In this document: piece after piece, positions 10,755-20,002 of the stretch
Position numbering within the stretch: position 1 is the stretch's first letter
Layout: each line of letters begins with the position of its first letter
DNA from: a virus
Length of the DNA: 64,000 nucleotides
Reading direction: 5' to 3' (one strand)
Virus record (IMG/VR): IMGVR_UViG_3300003583_000001
Coordinates: 1-64,000 of that record
The notes under the pieces: model-generated
Told to the model about the DNA's origin: nothing
The model's database searches: none
The model's input: only the letters and a program-made list of their open reading frames with translations
Translations under genes and position numbers: made by a program

Positions 10755-11207
10755 ATGGCATACCGAGGAAAATTCAGACCTTCAAACTCTCATAAATATA
10801 AGGGTGACCACACTAAGATTATTTATAGAAGTCTGTGGGAACTAAAGTTTATGAGAAAATGTGATGAGAACACTGGTATCGTTCAGTGGTCGTCAGAAGA
10901 AATAATTGTGCCTTATCGCAGTTTAATTGACGGTAAGAAGCATAGATATTTCCCAGACTTCTGGGTAAAAAAGCTAAATAGTGATGTAGTACTTGTTGAG
11001 ATTAAACCAATGAATCAATCTGTGCCACCACAGAAGAAGTCTAAGGTGACAAAGCGATATCTCGAAGAAGTGAAGACATGGGGCACGAACTTATCCAAGT
11101 GGCGTGCTGCCCAAGAATATTGTGATGATAGAGGTTGGACGTTTATGGTTCTAACCGAAAAAGGAGAGGCAAGAAGTTGGCGACAGTATTTGACGAACTC
11201 TTATTAA
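10755..11207 (+). CDS. gp4: Head completion nuclease gp4
   Basis: MAYRGKFRP.N..KYKGD...IIYRSLWE...HRYFPDF...VEIKP. Confidence 0.93.
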   Translation: MAYRGKFRPSNSHKYKGDHTKIIYRSLWELKFMRKCDENTGIVQWSSEEIIVPYRSLIDGKKHRYFPDFWVKKLNSDVVLVEIKPMNQSVPPQKKSKVTKRYLEEVKTWGTNLSKWRAAQEYCDDRGWTFMVLTEKGEARSWRQYLTNSY

Positions 11208-11785
11208 GAGGTGTGAAGAAGGGTCAAATCCCTGCTCGCACACAAACCGCACGAGAGTGGTATCGTGATGCCGCTAGAAGCACAGGTGCGCTTCAACCAG
11301 CAAAACTTGTAAAGTCTGACCCAGAACGTGGACGCTCACAGATTCGTGTGGGCGATATGTATCTATATCATTACGATCCAAAGTACAAGAAAACACTACC
11401 TTATTATGACAGATTTCCTCTTGTATTTCCTTTTAAGAAAGTTCCAAAAGGTTGGCTGGGCATCAACATGCACTATCTACCGTTACAGCTTCGTGCAAAG
11501 TTGATGGACAATCTATATGATCTAGCGTCAAATAAAAAATACGATGAGACAACAAGATTGCGTTTAAACTATGATGTGTTAAATGGGGCAGCGAAGTTTA
11601 GACTATTCAAGCCTACAATACATCGTTATTTGATTAGCCGTGTAGAATCTAGAATGATTTACATAAACCCATCTGAATGGGACATTGCGTTGTTTCTACC
11701 TCTTGAGAGATTTTATGAAAACAAAGGCCGTATCAAAAAAGGTCAAGTCTACAAAGACTCCAGACAAATGATTAGAGGAAGCTAA
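11177..11785 (+). CDS. gp2: DNA end protector gp2
   Basis: YDPKYKKTLPYYDRFPLVF...GINMHYLP; probable TTG start after AAGGAGAGG. Confidence 0.93.
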   Translation: MATVFDELLLRGVKKGQIPARTQTAREWYRDAARSTGALQPAKLVKSDPERGRSQIRVGDMYLYHYDPKYKKTLPYYDRFPLVFPFKKVPKGWLGINMHYLPLQLRAKLMDNLYDLASNKKYDETTRLRLNYDVLNGAAKFRLFKPTIHRYLISRVESRMIYINPSEWDIALFLPLERFYENKGRIKKGQVYKDSRQMIRGS

Positions 11786-11787
11786 TA

Positions 11788-12546
11788 ATGGCATTTAATG
11801 TAGCAGATTTCAGAGCGCAAATATCAAGCTCTAAATTTGGCGGTCTTGCGCTTGCAAATAAGTTCATTGTACGAATTACACCACCTTCTAAAATATTTGC
11901 TGGTGATGGTGATTCCTTTCCTACAATGGAACAGTTGACTTTCTTCTGCAACACCACAAGTCTTCCAGGAAAGACCATAAACACATTTGATTACAAGCCT
12001 ATTGCTTACGGGCAAGTCAACAAGATGCCCATCTCACGGTCGAATGATACATTTACAACAAGTTTCTTTGGTGATTCGAACTATCTGATAATGGGCTTCT
12101 TTCAGCGATGGTTAAACTACATCGTACAAGATGGTGGTGAAGTTTTTGACGGTAGAGGTTATAGAGAGATTGGATATAAAGAAGACTATGCTTGTACGAT
12201 AGAAATTATTGGATACGATTACGATAGTTCCGAAAAAGTTGTATATACGTTATATGAAGCATATCCAACACAGATTGGTGCTGTATCGATGGGATGGGAA
12301 CAAAACGATACGTTGATTCAGATTCCTATTGAGTTTACATATGATGATATGTCGATTGATAGATCATCAGCAAACAGTTCTGACGTTAATAAGCCTAGAA
12401 CACCAGTAGGATTATTCACTCGAATTGCACAAGCAGCATCTATTGCTGGCGTAATAAATACAATTAACAGACCTCGAAATATACAAGATTTGATTAATCA
12501 AGGAACAACAATCCGAACTCTAGGAAGAGGACTCGGAGTACTTTAA
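11788..12546 (+). CDS. Tail tube initiator / gp54(gp19)-like protein
   Basis: LYEAYPTQIGAVSMGW and EFTY tube-fold motifs; located between gp2 and gp26. Confidence 0.8.
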   Translation: MAFNVADFRAQISSSKFGGLALANKFIVRITPPSKIFAGDGDSFPTMEQLTFFCNTTSLPGKTINTFDYKPIAYGQVNKMPISRSNDTFTTSFFGDSNYLIMGFFQRWLNYIVQDGGEVFDGRGYREIGYKEDYACTIEIIGYDYDSSEKVVYTLYEAYPTQIGAVSMGWEQNDTLIQIPIEFTYDDMSIDRSSANSSDVNKPRTPVGLFTRIAQAASIAGVINTINRPRNIQDLINQGTTIRTLGRGLGVL

Positions 12547-12562
12547 CGGAGTGATTTAAACT

Positions 12563-13258
12563 ATGGCATTACCTAAAATTGATACCCCTACATTCATGCT
12601 TGAATTACCATCTACAAAAGAGAATATCAAGTATCGGCCATTTACCGTCAAAGAAGAAAAAATTCTTCTAATGGCATCACAAGGCAAAGAAGAAAAAGAT
12701 ATTCAAAATGCGATAGAGCAAATTTTGACAAATTGCATTATCAGTGATATTAACGTTAAAACTCTAGCTCCATATGATATTGAATATTTGTTTTTAAATT
12801 TGAGGGCAAAGTCTGTAAACAATATTATCGAACTAAAAATTACTGATGATGAAGACAACATCGAATATGACATTAGTATTAATCTAGATGATATTAAAAT
12901 AACAATGCCCGAAAGAAACAACATTATTCAAATAAACGATAGTATCTCTCTGATAATGAAAGACCCAGATTATGCTACAGTGAAAAAACTTGAGAAAAAG
13001 TCAGAAGATCAGGTGATGAATAGTATTCTTATTGAATGTATTGATCAGATTTTAGTAGATGACGATGTTATTCTTTTGAAGGATCACACGAAAAAAGAAC
13101 AAGATGAGTTTATCAATTCATTCAGTTCTAAAGACATGAGAAATGTTGAAGAATATTTCAACTTGATGCCTAAATTATCCCACGACGTATCTTACACTAG
13201 AGAAGATGGAACAGAAGTAACGAAAACGCTCGAAGGGATGCAAAGTTTTTTTACTTAA
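12563..13258 (+). CDS. gp26: Baseplate hub subunit gp26
   Basis: MALPKIDTP...YRPFTVKEEKILL...DIEYLFLNLRAKSV...LEGMQSFF. Confidence 0.93.
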   Translation: MALPKIDTPTFMLELPSTKENIKYRPFTVKEEKILLMASQGKEEKDIQNAIEQILTNCIISDINVKTLAPYDIEYLFLNLRAKSVNNIIELKITDDEDNIEYDISINLDDIKITMPERNNIIQINDSISLIMKDPDYATVKKLEKKSEDQVMNSILIECIDQILVDDDVILLKDHTKKEQDEFINSFSSKDMRNVEEYFNLMPKLSHDVSYTREDGTEVTKTLEGMQSFFT

Positions 13259-13428
13259 TGATGATCCATAATAATATCTCTAATTATTATAAGGTCATCT
13301 TTTCCTTAGTCCAACATCATAAATATTCTATAACCGAAATTGAAAATTTGATACCATTCGAACGTGACTTATATGTTGAAATGCTTATTGATCATATTGA
13401 AGAACAAAATGCAAAACAACAAGGATAA
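13258..13428 (+). CDS. gp51: Baseplate hub assembly catalyst gp51 (56 aa)
   Basis: Hand translation MMIHNNISNYYKVIFSLVQHHKYSITEIENLIPFERDLYVEML...; TAATG-coupled to gp26. Confidence 0.88.
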   Translation: MMIHNNISNYYKVIFSLVQHHKYSITEIENLIPFERDLYVEMLIDHIEEQNAKQQG

Positions 13429-13434
13429 CGTCAA

Positions 13435-13821
13435 GTGTCTGAAGAAGAAACTAACACCGTCACCATTGATGCAGCGGCTTTGCCTGGTGCTGATGCAAAT
13501 GGTGATGGTCATGTCTCACAAGAAGAGATGGATATGTACCTTGAGTTCAAGCGTAAAGAGTTAGAAGACGCTGATGCTCGTAGAGATGCGATGAGGCAAA
13601 TGACTTGGTTTGCTTTGTTTGGAATGCTTCTGTATCCGTTTAGTATCTTCTTCACTTCGTTATTTGGTGTAGACAAAGCAGCAGTGATTATTGGTAACAT
13701 TGCACCAACATACTTTGTAGCAATCTCTGCACTTGTTGCTGCTTACTTTGGTGCTAATGCTTACAGTGATAAGAAGGGTAGTAAACCATCAGGTAAACCA
13801 TCAACACCTGTTAAGAAATAG
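13435..13821 (+). CDS. Membrane protein with EF-hand-like loop and two TM helices
   Basis: DANGDGHVSQEE loop, two hydrophobic segments, basic C-terminus. Confidence 0.7.
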   Translation: MSEEETNTVTIDAAALPGADANGDGHVSQEEMDMYLEFKRKELEDADARRDAMRQMTWFALFGMLLYPFSIFFTSLFGVDKAAVIIGNIAPTYFVAISALVAAYFGANAYSDKKGSKPSGKPSTPVKK

Positions 13822-13839
13822 CTTACTCTAAACATCATT

Positions 13840-13879
13840 AGCGATAACGCTATTATACCATGTTTGGAGAAAAAGTCAA
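13840..13879 (-). promoter_or_regulatory. Orphan antisense sigma70 promoter with AGCGTTATCGCT motif
   Basis: TTGACT-N16-(TGG)TATAAT-AGCGTTATCGCT; related copies at 54546 and 48756. Confidence 0.7.
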
Positions 13880-13896
13880 TAGGAAAATAGAAGAAA

Positions 13897-15981
13897 ATGG
13901 CTGAAGCAACATTAAATGACGTAATGAAGACGATGCGAGAAGAGGGTATGCAGACTCGTGATACGGGCGCTAACTCTCTTAGAGTTGCTATCGACTCTCT
14001 TAACATGACTGTCAACGCACTAGGTAATATTAATAACAGTTTAAAATTCTTTACCGAGACTTTTCTAGAAAATATGAAGCGTAGTCGTCGTGAAGCATTA
14101 TTAGCCAATAATGCTAGACCAGAACTTCTTGCTTCGCTGGGAAAACAATCAGGTGAAGAAAAAGAGAAAGAAGTTGACGTTCCTAAAAAGAAAGGTGGTA
14201 TTCTTGCTAGTCTTTTCGGTTCTCTAGGCGCTTTAAGTTTAAGCGGAATTGTAAAAAGTATAGGTGGTGGACTTCTTAGCTCATTTAAACTCTTATTCAG
14301 CCCAAAAGCACTACTTAAAATATTTGCTAAGTTTGCCTCTAAATTTGGACCTATTGCTATTGTTGCAGGTATTATTGCATCGATAAGCGGCGCTATTTCC
14401 TCATTTATGGAAAGCGATGCGGACACATTATTTGGTAGAATTTATGATGGTTTTCTTGGTTCAATAGGGCAAGTGATAGAGTTCTTTACTTTTGGTTTTA
14501 TAAAAAAGGAACAAATAGAAGAACTTCTAAAACCACTTAGTGACTTCATGGATGATGTTGGAATTTTTGTATTGGAAATGATCGACCAGCCTGGAATAGC
14601 GATTGATACAGCTATTGCATCAATGAAAAAAGTTGGTATATGGTTCTCAGATGTGCTGGGTGATCTTTTTGAGAGTTTAGGTTTAGATGACTTAGCAAAA
14701 ACTCTTTTTGGAACAAAAGTTTCAGGCGAAATGGTAGCTAAATTTTTCAAGAATTTGTTCAACCCAAAACCAGAAGAGGGCTACTTCAGCATCGTAAAAC
14801 TATTAACTGATGTGTGGGATACTTCTAAAAAAGCAGTCGAAACTACTACTTCAAACGTGTCAAAGTTCTTCACTAACTTGTTTTCTTCAACGCCAGAAGA
14901 TGGTTACTTCAGTATAGCAAAGGTATTGAGTGATTTATTTACGTCTGCTAAGACCACGTTAATTGCTGGTAAAGAGTCCGTGTCGAAGTTTTTCTCTAGT
15001 CTATTCTCTTTGACACCAGACGAAGGTTATTTCAGCATAGCAAAAGTATTAAACGATTTATTTACGTCTGCTAAGACCACGTTAATTGCTGGTAAAGAGT
15101 CGGTATCAAAGTTCTTTACCAACTTATTCGCTGAGAAGCCAGAGGAAGGTTACTTCAGCATAAGAAAAGTATTATCTGATTTATTCACGAATGCTAAGAC
15201 CACGTTAGTTGCTGGTAAAGACACAGTAGTAAAGATTTTTACAAATCTATTTTCTTCAGAGCCAGAAGATGGTTACTTTAGCGTAGTCAAAATGGTTATA
15301 GATGCTTTTAATTCTGTTTCAAATTTAGCAGAAACGTTTTATACTAAAGTTCAGAATCTTGTTGCTGAGAATATAGTTGATCCAATAGGTAATGCGTTTA
15401 CCAGTGCTGGCAAATTCATGTCATCCCTACCAGATAGGATTATGCTTACGATTGAAGAAATTTGGATTAAGACTATGGCAGATTTGAAAATTGGTTTCAT
15501 TAAGTTTGCAGGTTTTGTAAACACCCTTCCAGATAGGGTTTTGCTTGCTGCTGAGTCAGCATTAGCTAGTACCCGACTTGGCAGACGGTTTGTCGATGAA
15601 GAAGGTATTAAAGCGAGACAAGAAGCGCTTGATGCAAAAGCTGGAGGCGATCAAGCAAATATTGATGCAATAACCGCACAAGAAGCTGCTGATTTAGAAG
15701 CGCTTCGGCTAAAAAAAGCTGCGTTAAACACTGATGCAATAACTGCGAAAAAAGATACCGATTTGGAAGCAGCCCGGCTAAAAAAAGCTGCGATGGATAA
15801 ATTTGAAAGAGAATACGATGCTCAAGTGGCTGCTCCTGTTGTTGTTAGTGGTGGTAGTGTTGGGCAACAGATAACTGGTGGCACACATTATCATGGTCCA
15901 GTAACAAATGCCCCTTCAGTGACTCAGAGCGCTCCGGGTGGGTATAGCTCTCAGCTTCCAACACAATCAAGCTATATGTAA
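13897..15981 (+). CDS. Tape-measure / tail length regulator (gp29-like)
   Basis: Follows gp26/gp51; amphipathic helical repeats and a hydrophobic Gly-rich segment. Confidence 0.7.
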   Translation: MAEATLNDVMKTMREEGMQTRDTGANSLRVAIDSLNMTVNALGNINNSLKFFTETFLENMKRSRREALLANNARPELLASLGKQSGEEKEKEVDVPKKKGGILASLFGSLGALSLSGIVKSIGGGLLSSFKLLFSPKALLKIFAKFASKFGPIAIVAGIIASISGAISSFMESDADTLFGRIYDGFLGSIGQVIEFFTFGFIKKEQIEELLKPLSDFMDDVGIFVLEMIDQPGIAIDTAIASMKKVGIWFSDVLGDLFESLGLDDLAKTLFGTKVSGEMVAKFFKNLFNPKPEEGYFSIVKLLTDVWDTSKKAVETTTSNVSKFFTNLFSSTPEDGYFSIAKVLSDLFTSAKTTLIAGKESVSKFFSSLFSLTPDEGYFSIAKVLNDLFTSAKTTLIAGKESVSKFFTNLFAEKPEEGYFSIRKVLSDLFTNAKTTLVAGKDTVVKIFTNLFSSEPEDGYFSVVKMVIDAFNSVSNLAETFYTKVQNLVAENIVDPIGNAFTSAGKFMSSLPDRIMLTIEEIWIKTMADLKIGFIKFAGFVNTLPDRVLLAAESALASTRLGRRFVDEEGIKARQEALDAKAGGDQANIDAITAQEAADLEALRLKKAALNTDAITAKKDTDLEAARLKKAAMDKFEREYDAQVAAPVVVSGGSVGQQITGGTHYHGPVTNAPSVTQSAPGGYSSQLPTQSSYM
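14743..15310 (+). repeat. About five tandem 123-bp (41-aa) repeats in the tape-measure-like gene
   Basis: FFxNLFxxxPE(E/D)GYFSIxKVLxDLFTSAKTTLIAGKESVSK units, partly near-identical at DNA level. Confidence 0.92.
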
Positions 15982-15986
15982 CCAAA

Positions 15987-16016
15987 TAAAAAGGGGAGCT
16001 AAAAAGCTCCCCTTTC
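15987..16016. terminator. Bidirectional intrinsic terminator between convergent tape-measure and gp32 genes
   Basis: AAAGGGGAGCT-AAAA-AGCTCCCCTTT with A/T tails. Confidence 0.88.
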
Positions 16017-16018
16017 TC

Positions 16019-16951
16019 TTAGTCTTCAGCCAACTTCTTGAAGAACGATAAACTATCATCCTCCGCATCATCAACTGTATCCATTGCCCACGACGGCGAT
16101 GAATCTTCAGTCTTGCGTTCAGGAGCAGATGCTTCCTTGAACTGAGGCTTGAAGTCCATCACCGTCGGCTCGTCTTCCTGAGCGGTCGTTTTGGGTGCGT
16201 GTGAACCGCCATCAAGAGCGAGTACCCGATAGAGTTTAGTCTTCAGGTCATCATAGCTCTTGAAGTTCTTAGGATCGACGAGTTCTTGTAGGGAGTGCTG
16301 CGACTTCCAGATACGTTCCAACTCATCATCATCAGTATGAAGAGGAGTGGCAGAAGCAAAATCGGAACGGTCGTAGTTACGATATCCTTCTACATTACGA
16401 ATCTTGAGATTGAAGTTTGCACCTTCCCAAAAGTCAAAAGGATTCACTGGAGTCTCATCTTCAAACTGAGGATTCATTGCTTCGTTCAGCTTGTCGAAAA
16501 TCTTCTTGCCATACTGATAGAGAAAGACCTTACCTTCGTTCTCAGGTTTAGCGGAATCCTTTACGATATAAACGTTAGAGTAATATTTCAGACGGCGCTT
16601 CTGCTTACGAGCAATCTCCTTATCAGAGTCAACACCAGAGTTCCAAAGTGTAGAGTTGTATTCAGACACTGGGTCTTCTTGACCGATTGATGTAAGGTTG
16701 TTCTCGATATACCAACCACCTGGACCTTGAAAGCCGTGGTTCCAGAGACGAACGAAAGGCATGTCTTCGCCGTCGGGTGCTGGTAGGAAGCGTAGTACAG
16801 CATAGCCATTACCAGCCTTATCGACTTGTGGCTTCCAGATACGGTCATCACCGTAGGTCCGCTTTGCTTCACTACCGTTCAACTTTTGAAGTTGAGCGTT
16901 TAGCTTGTCAAAAGAGTTCTTTTGAGTCTTCAAGTTTGCGAATGCGTTCAT
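16019..16951 (-). CDS. gp32: Single-stranded DNA-binding protein gp32
   Basis: DDRIWKP..DKAGNGYAVLRFLP...YIENNLTSIG...GKKIFDK...NYD; acidic tail. Confidence 0.97.
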   Translation of the reverse strand: MNAFANLKTQKNSFDKLNAQLQKLNGSEAKRTYGDDRIWKPQVDKAGNGYAVLRFLPAPDGEDMPFVRLWNHGFQGPGGWYIENNLTSIGQEDPVSEYNSTLWNSGVDSDKEIARKQKRRLKYYSNVYIVKDSAKPENEGKVFLYQYGKKIFDKLNEAMNPQFEDETPVNPFDFWEGANFNLKIRNVEGYRNYDRSDFASATPLHTDDDELERIWKSQHSLQELVDPKNFKSYDDLKTKLYRVLALDGGSHAPKTTAQEDEPTVMDFKPQFKEASAPERKTEDSSPSWAMDTVDDAEDDSLSFFKKLAED

Positions 16952-16974
16952 TTGTATTTTCCTTGTATTGCGAT

Positions 16975-17565
16975 TTATCCAAAACGATCAAGTAATGTTT
17001 GCTTCATTACTGACCTATCATATTGTAGAAACGGTTTGTATTTACTACTCTTAGAGTATACAACCTCCCAGATGATTTGTAAAGCTATTTTTGAGTTCCA
17101 ATGCTTAAAAATATCTAGAATGTCGTCGAGTATAATCAGTGATTCCAGTGAAAAACGTTTAGCGATAACTTCGTTTAACAATGGCGGGTGCTGACCATTC
17201 ACCACTTTAAAGTTAGAGTCAAAATCTTCGTCTAATGTTCGTATCTCCTGTTTGAAGTGATATGTTAGTGATTGAATTTTCTTCGACCACTGCTTATATA
17301 TATCGTCGCTTTCACTGTTTAGCAGGTCTCCAACCCATATCTTTTTGTCAGAGTTGACCATATTAGCAACGATATAATTCTTGTAATCGTTATGTTTTGA
17401 TAACTTATAGAACTGAAACTTATCCTTTCGAATCTCGAACGACTGCGGAGAAGCATTTACCTTGCCGTTGTACTTGAAGTAGTCATACGACGAGGTGAAA
17501 TGCCTCTGTAGTGCTAGATACGCAATGTATGTTTCATATGCGTCTCTGGTCGAGTATGTGTTCAT
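16975..17565 (-). CDS. gp59: Helicase loader gp59
   Basis: YLALQRHFTSSYDYFKYNGKV...FEIRKDK. Confidence 0.92.
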   Translation of the reverse strand: MNTYSTRDAYETYIAYLALQRHFTSSYDYFKYNGKVNASPQSFEIRKDKFQFYKLSKHNDYKNYIVANMVNSDKKIWVGDLLNSESDDIYKQWSKKIQSLTYHFKQEIRTLDEDFDSNFKVVNGQHPPLLNEVIAKRFSLESLIILDDILDIFKHWNSKIALQIIWEVVYSKSSKYKPFLQYDRSVMKQTLLDRFG

Positions 17566-17789
17566 ACGGGCAGCTTGGCTGTTCTCTCCATTAGACGGAG
17601 GTCTTCAGCTTCGTCCTGAATGCGAGACTTGAGATTTGTATTTTTGCGAATGATATCACCTAGTGCTTCAATTTCGATATCATTCTTTTGAGCATAATCC
17701 AAGACAGCATCCATATAGTTGCTATCAGGCTGCTTTGCGAGTTTATGCACATAAGTCATAAAATCATCATATTGTAATGTTAGCGTCAT
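17562..17789 (-). CDS. gp33: Late transcription coactivator gp33
   Basis: NYMDAVLDYAQKNDIEIE...LKSRIQDEA; synteny with gp59/gp32. Confidence 0.88.
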   Translation of the reverse strand: MTLTLQYDDFMTYVHKLAKQPDSNYMDAVLDYAQKNDIEIEALGDIIRKNTNLKSRIQDEAEDLRLMERTAKLPV

Positions 17790-17947
17790 GGCAATCTCTC
17801 CTTCAAATGTAAAATCCTATTTTCAAAGTAATCTATGATTGATGTTTCGTCATTATAAACAGTATCAACCTTGTTTAAACAAACCTTTAAACCCTCAACG
17901 TGACGTTGGAACACAGCAAGTTCTATAAGTTCAGCCGCATCAAGCAT
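17786..17947 (-). CDS. Hypothetical protein (53 aa)
   Basis: Hand translation MLDAAELIELAVFQRH...; GGGAG RBS; ATGA overlap with gp33. Confidence 0.6.
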   Translation of the reverse strand: MLDAAELIELAVFQRHVEGLKVCLNKVDTVYNDETSIIDYFENRILHLKERLP

Positions 17948-17963
17948 TTGGTATCTCCCTGTT

Positions 17964-18179
17964 TTAGATTACGTCAAGACGAGTTAGAGCCATCTCTTGT
18001 TCCAAGAGTTGTTCGTATTCTTTCTCCGATATGATATAAGGGGATTGAGACATGAGCGATTGCACAGATTGATTCACAGAATCGTGAATGAAATCTTCTG
18101 CCTCATAGAAGTCTTCAAATTCTGTGACCTCTGGGTTTGGGTCAAGCGAGTCTACAGCGATTGTTACACGATATCTCAT
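17964..18179 (-). CDS. Hypothetical protein
   Basis: ORF in early operon, GAGGAG RBS. Confidence 0.65.
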   Translation of the reverse strand: MRYRVTIAVDSLDPNPEVTEFEDFYEAEDFIHDSVNQSVQSLMSQSPYIISEKEYEQLLEQEMALTRLDVI

Positions 18180-18364
18180 TCTACACACTCCTCAATACAA
18201 ATCTCCTTATGAATCTCATAACGGTAACCGTCGGCTGCTCGCCAAGTGTGCTTGACCGTATGCTCCAACATTGACAGATTGTCAGTGTCATAGTCTTGCT
18301 TTAACACCTGACGCTCTCCAGCTTTAGTACGCTTGTCTGTTTTGTAAATCTCTACAGTAAGCAT
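18176..18364 (-). CDS. Hypothetical protein
   Basis: AGGAG RBS, operon packing. Confidence 0.65.
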   Translation of the reverse strand: MLTVEIYKTDKRTKAGERQVLKQDYDTDNLSMLEHTVKHTWRAADGYRYEIHKEICIEECVE

Positions 18365-18374
18365 TGTCTTCTCC

Positions 18375-18593
18375 TTATGAACGAATGCCGTGTTCTGCTG
18401 CTAACTCAGTTCCGTTGAACAGAGTGAAGCCATCCACATCGTTGATAGCAACCATCACTTCGAGGTCGATACCAGCTTTGGTACGAACGCTCTCAATGCG
18501 ACCCCTACCAAGAGGAGTATCGATGAAGTTGCCTTCGGCACCCCAAAGGTCTTCCATGAAGGTCTTCATCTCAGGAGAAATAGTCTTGGTCAT
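18375..18593 (-). CDS. Hypothetical early protein
   Basis: First ORF after an early promoter, GAAAGGA RBS. Confidence 0.65.
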   Translation of the reverse strand: MTKTISPEMKTFMEDLWGAEGNFIDTPLGRGRIESVRTKAGIDLEVMVAINDVDGFTLFNGTELAAEHGIRS

Positions 18594-18621
18594 CTGTCTT
18601 CCTTTCATTCTCACTATACTT

Positions 18622-18650
18622 AATATAGCAACTCTGAAGACAAATGTCAA
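18622..18650 (-). promoter_or_regulatory. Early sigma70 promoter (repeat family)
   Basis: TTGACA-tttgtcttcagagttgc-TATATT with upstream A-tracts. Confidence 0.88.
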
Positions 18651-18678
18651 GAGTTATTTTCACTTTTTTCAAAAAAAA

Positions 18679-18754
18679 TGGTGCTGCCACGAGGATTCGA
18701 ACCCCGGACCTGAGGTTTACAAAACCCCTGCTCTACCGACTGAGCTATAGCAGC
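18679..18754 (-). tRNA. tRNA-Thr(UGU)
   Basis: GCTGCTATAGCTCAGTCGGTAGAGCAGGGGTTTTGTAAACCTCAGGTCCGGGGTTCGAATCCTCGTGGCAGCACCA; full cloverleaf with encoded CCA. Confidence 0.96.
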
Positions 18755-19914
18755 TTAATATTCATATGTGTTAGCATATCGTTTGCTAGGTCACGAAACC
18801 AAACGCTATCGTGACCTCGTGTAGTCTCAGCGGCTGTCCCAATACGAATACCACTTGTTTCTACAAAAGAGCGTGGATCGTTAGGCACACCATTCTTATT
18901 CACTGTGATGCCCTTTGCTTCAAGCATATCTGCTGCATCTCGACCAGAACGATTCGTCCCACTGAGATTTAGCAAAACGATATGAGAGTCTGTACCACCA
19001 GTCTGTACGTTCATACCTCTGTTAGTGAATACATTACACATCACTCTAGCGTTATGAATAACCTGCTGGCTGTATAGTTTAAAGTCATCAGTGTTAGCCT
19101 CAATGAACGCTTGTGCTTTTGCAGCAATCATATTCATCAGAGGTCCGCCCTGTGTGCCAGGAAATATAGCGCTATTTATTTGCTTCGTATAAGATGGGCG
19201 GTTCCATAGAATGATGCCGCCTCTGGGACCACGAAGCGTCTTATGAGTTGTGCTTGATACTACGTCAGCAAAATCACATGGGTTTTCATAGGCACCACCT
19301 GCAATCAAGCCAGAGTAGTGAGCCATATCTACGAATAGATAAGCGCCAACACTGTCTGCAATCATCCGCATTGCTTCCCAGTCGATTTGTCGAGGATAAG
19401 CACTCGCACCAGCAACAATCATCTTTGGCCTGAACTGACCAGCCTTATCAGATACCTCTTGGTAATCGATGAAGCCATTCTCGTCCACACCATATGAATG
19501 TGCTTTGTATATTTTTCCTGAAGCAGTCATTGGCGCACCATGAGTTAGATGTCCGCCAGAAGCAAGGTCCATACCGAGGATCGTATCACCCGGTTTTAGG
19601 AATGCTTGATATACAGCCATGTTAGCATTAGCGCCAGAGTGCGGCTGTACGTTAGCATACTCACACCCATAGAGTTCTTTCAGTTGGTCAATCGCCAACT
19701 GCTCAATCGAATCCATATGCTCACAGCCGTTGTAATAACGCTTGCCTGGATAACCTTCCGCATACTTGTTTGTAAAGACGCTACCACAGAGTTGCATAAC
19801 AGCATCACTAGCAAAGTTCTCACTAGCAATCAACTCAATCGTATCATTTTGTCTAGTAACCTCACTTGATAAAATTTTATTGACCCTACTGTCAATTCCT
19901 GTACCGTGATACAT
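18745..19914 (-). CDS. glyA: Serine hydroxymethyltransferase
   Basis: IELIASENF, NKYAEGYPGKRYYNGC, VQPHSG and TTHKTLRGPRGG (PLP lysine); start at 19914 after GGAG. Confidence 0.97.
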   Translation of the reverse strand: MYHGTGIDSRVNKILSSEVTRQNDTIELIASENFASDAVMQLCGSVFTNKYAEGYPGKRYYNGCEHMDSIEQLAIDQLKELYGCEYANVQPHSGANANMAVYQAFLKPGDTILGMDLASGGHLTHGAPMTASGKIYKAHSYGVDENGFIDYQEVSDKAGQFRPKMIVAGASAYPRQIDWEAMRMIADSVGAYLFVDMAHYSGLIAGGAYENPCDFADVVSSTTHKTLRGPRGGIILWNRPSYTKQINSAIFPGTQGGPLMNMIAAKAQAFIEANTDDFKLYSQQVIHNARVMCNVFTNRGMNVQTGGTDSHIVLLNLSGTNRSGRDAADMLEAKGITVNKNGVPNDPRSFVETSGIRIGTAAETTRGHDSVWFRDLANDMLTHMNIKLL

Positions 19915-20002
19915 TTCATCTCCATTATCTCTCATAAAGTCCCAATGCGACAATCGTTTTTCGTTCATTTTAATAGCATTCCAATAAACAGTTAGTAGAT
20001 CA

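Noticed and set aside
13761-14426. 221-aa minus-strand ORF
   Set aside because: Antisense to the tape-measure-like gene; most of it lies upstream of the orphan promoter, so that promoter cannot transcribe it.
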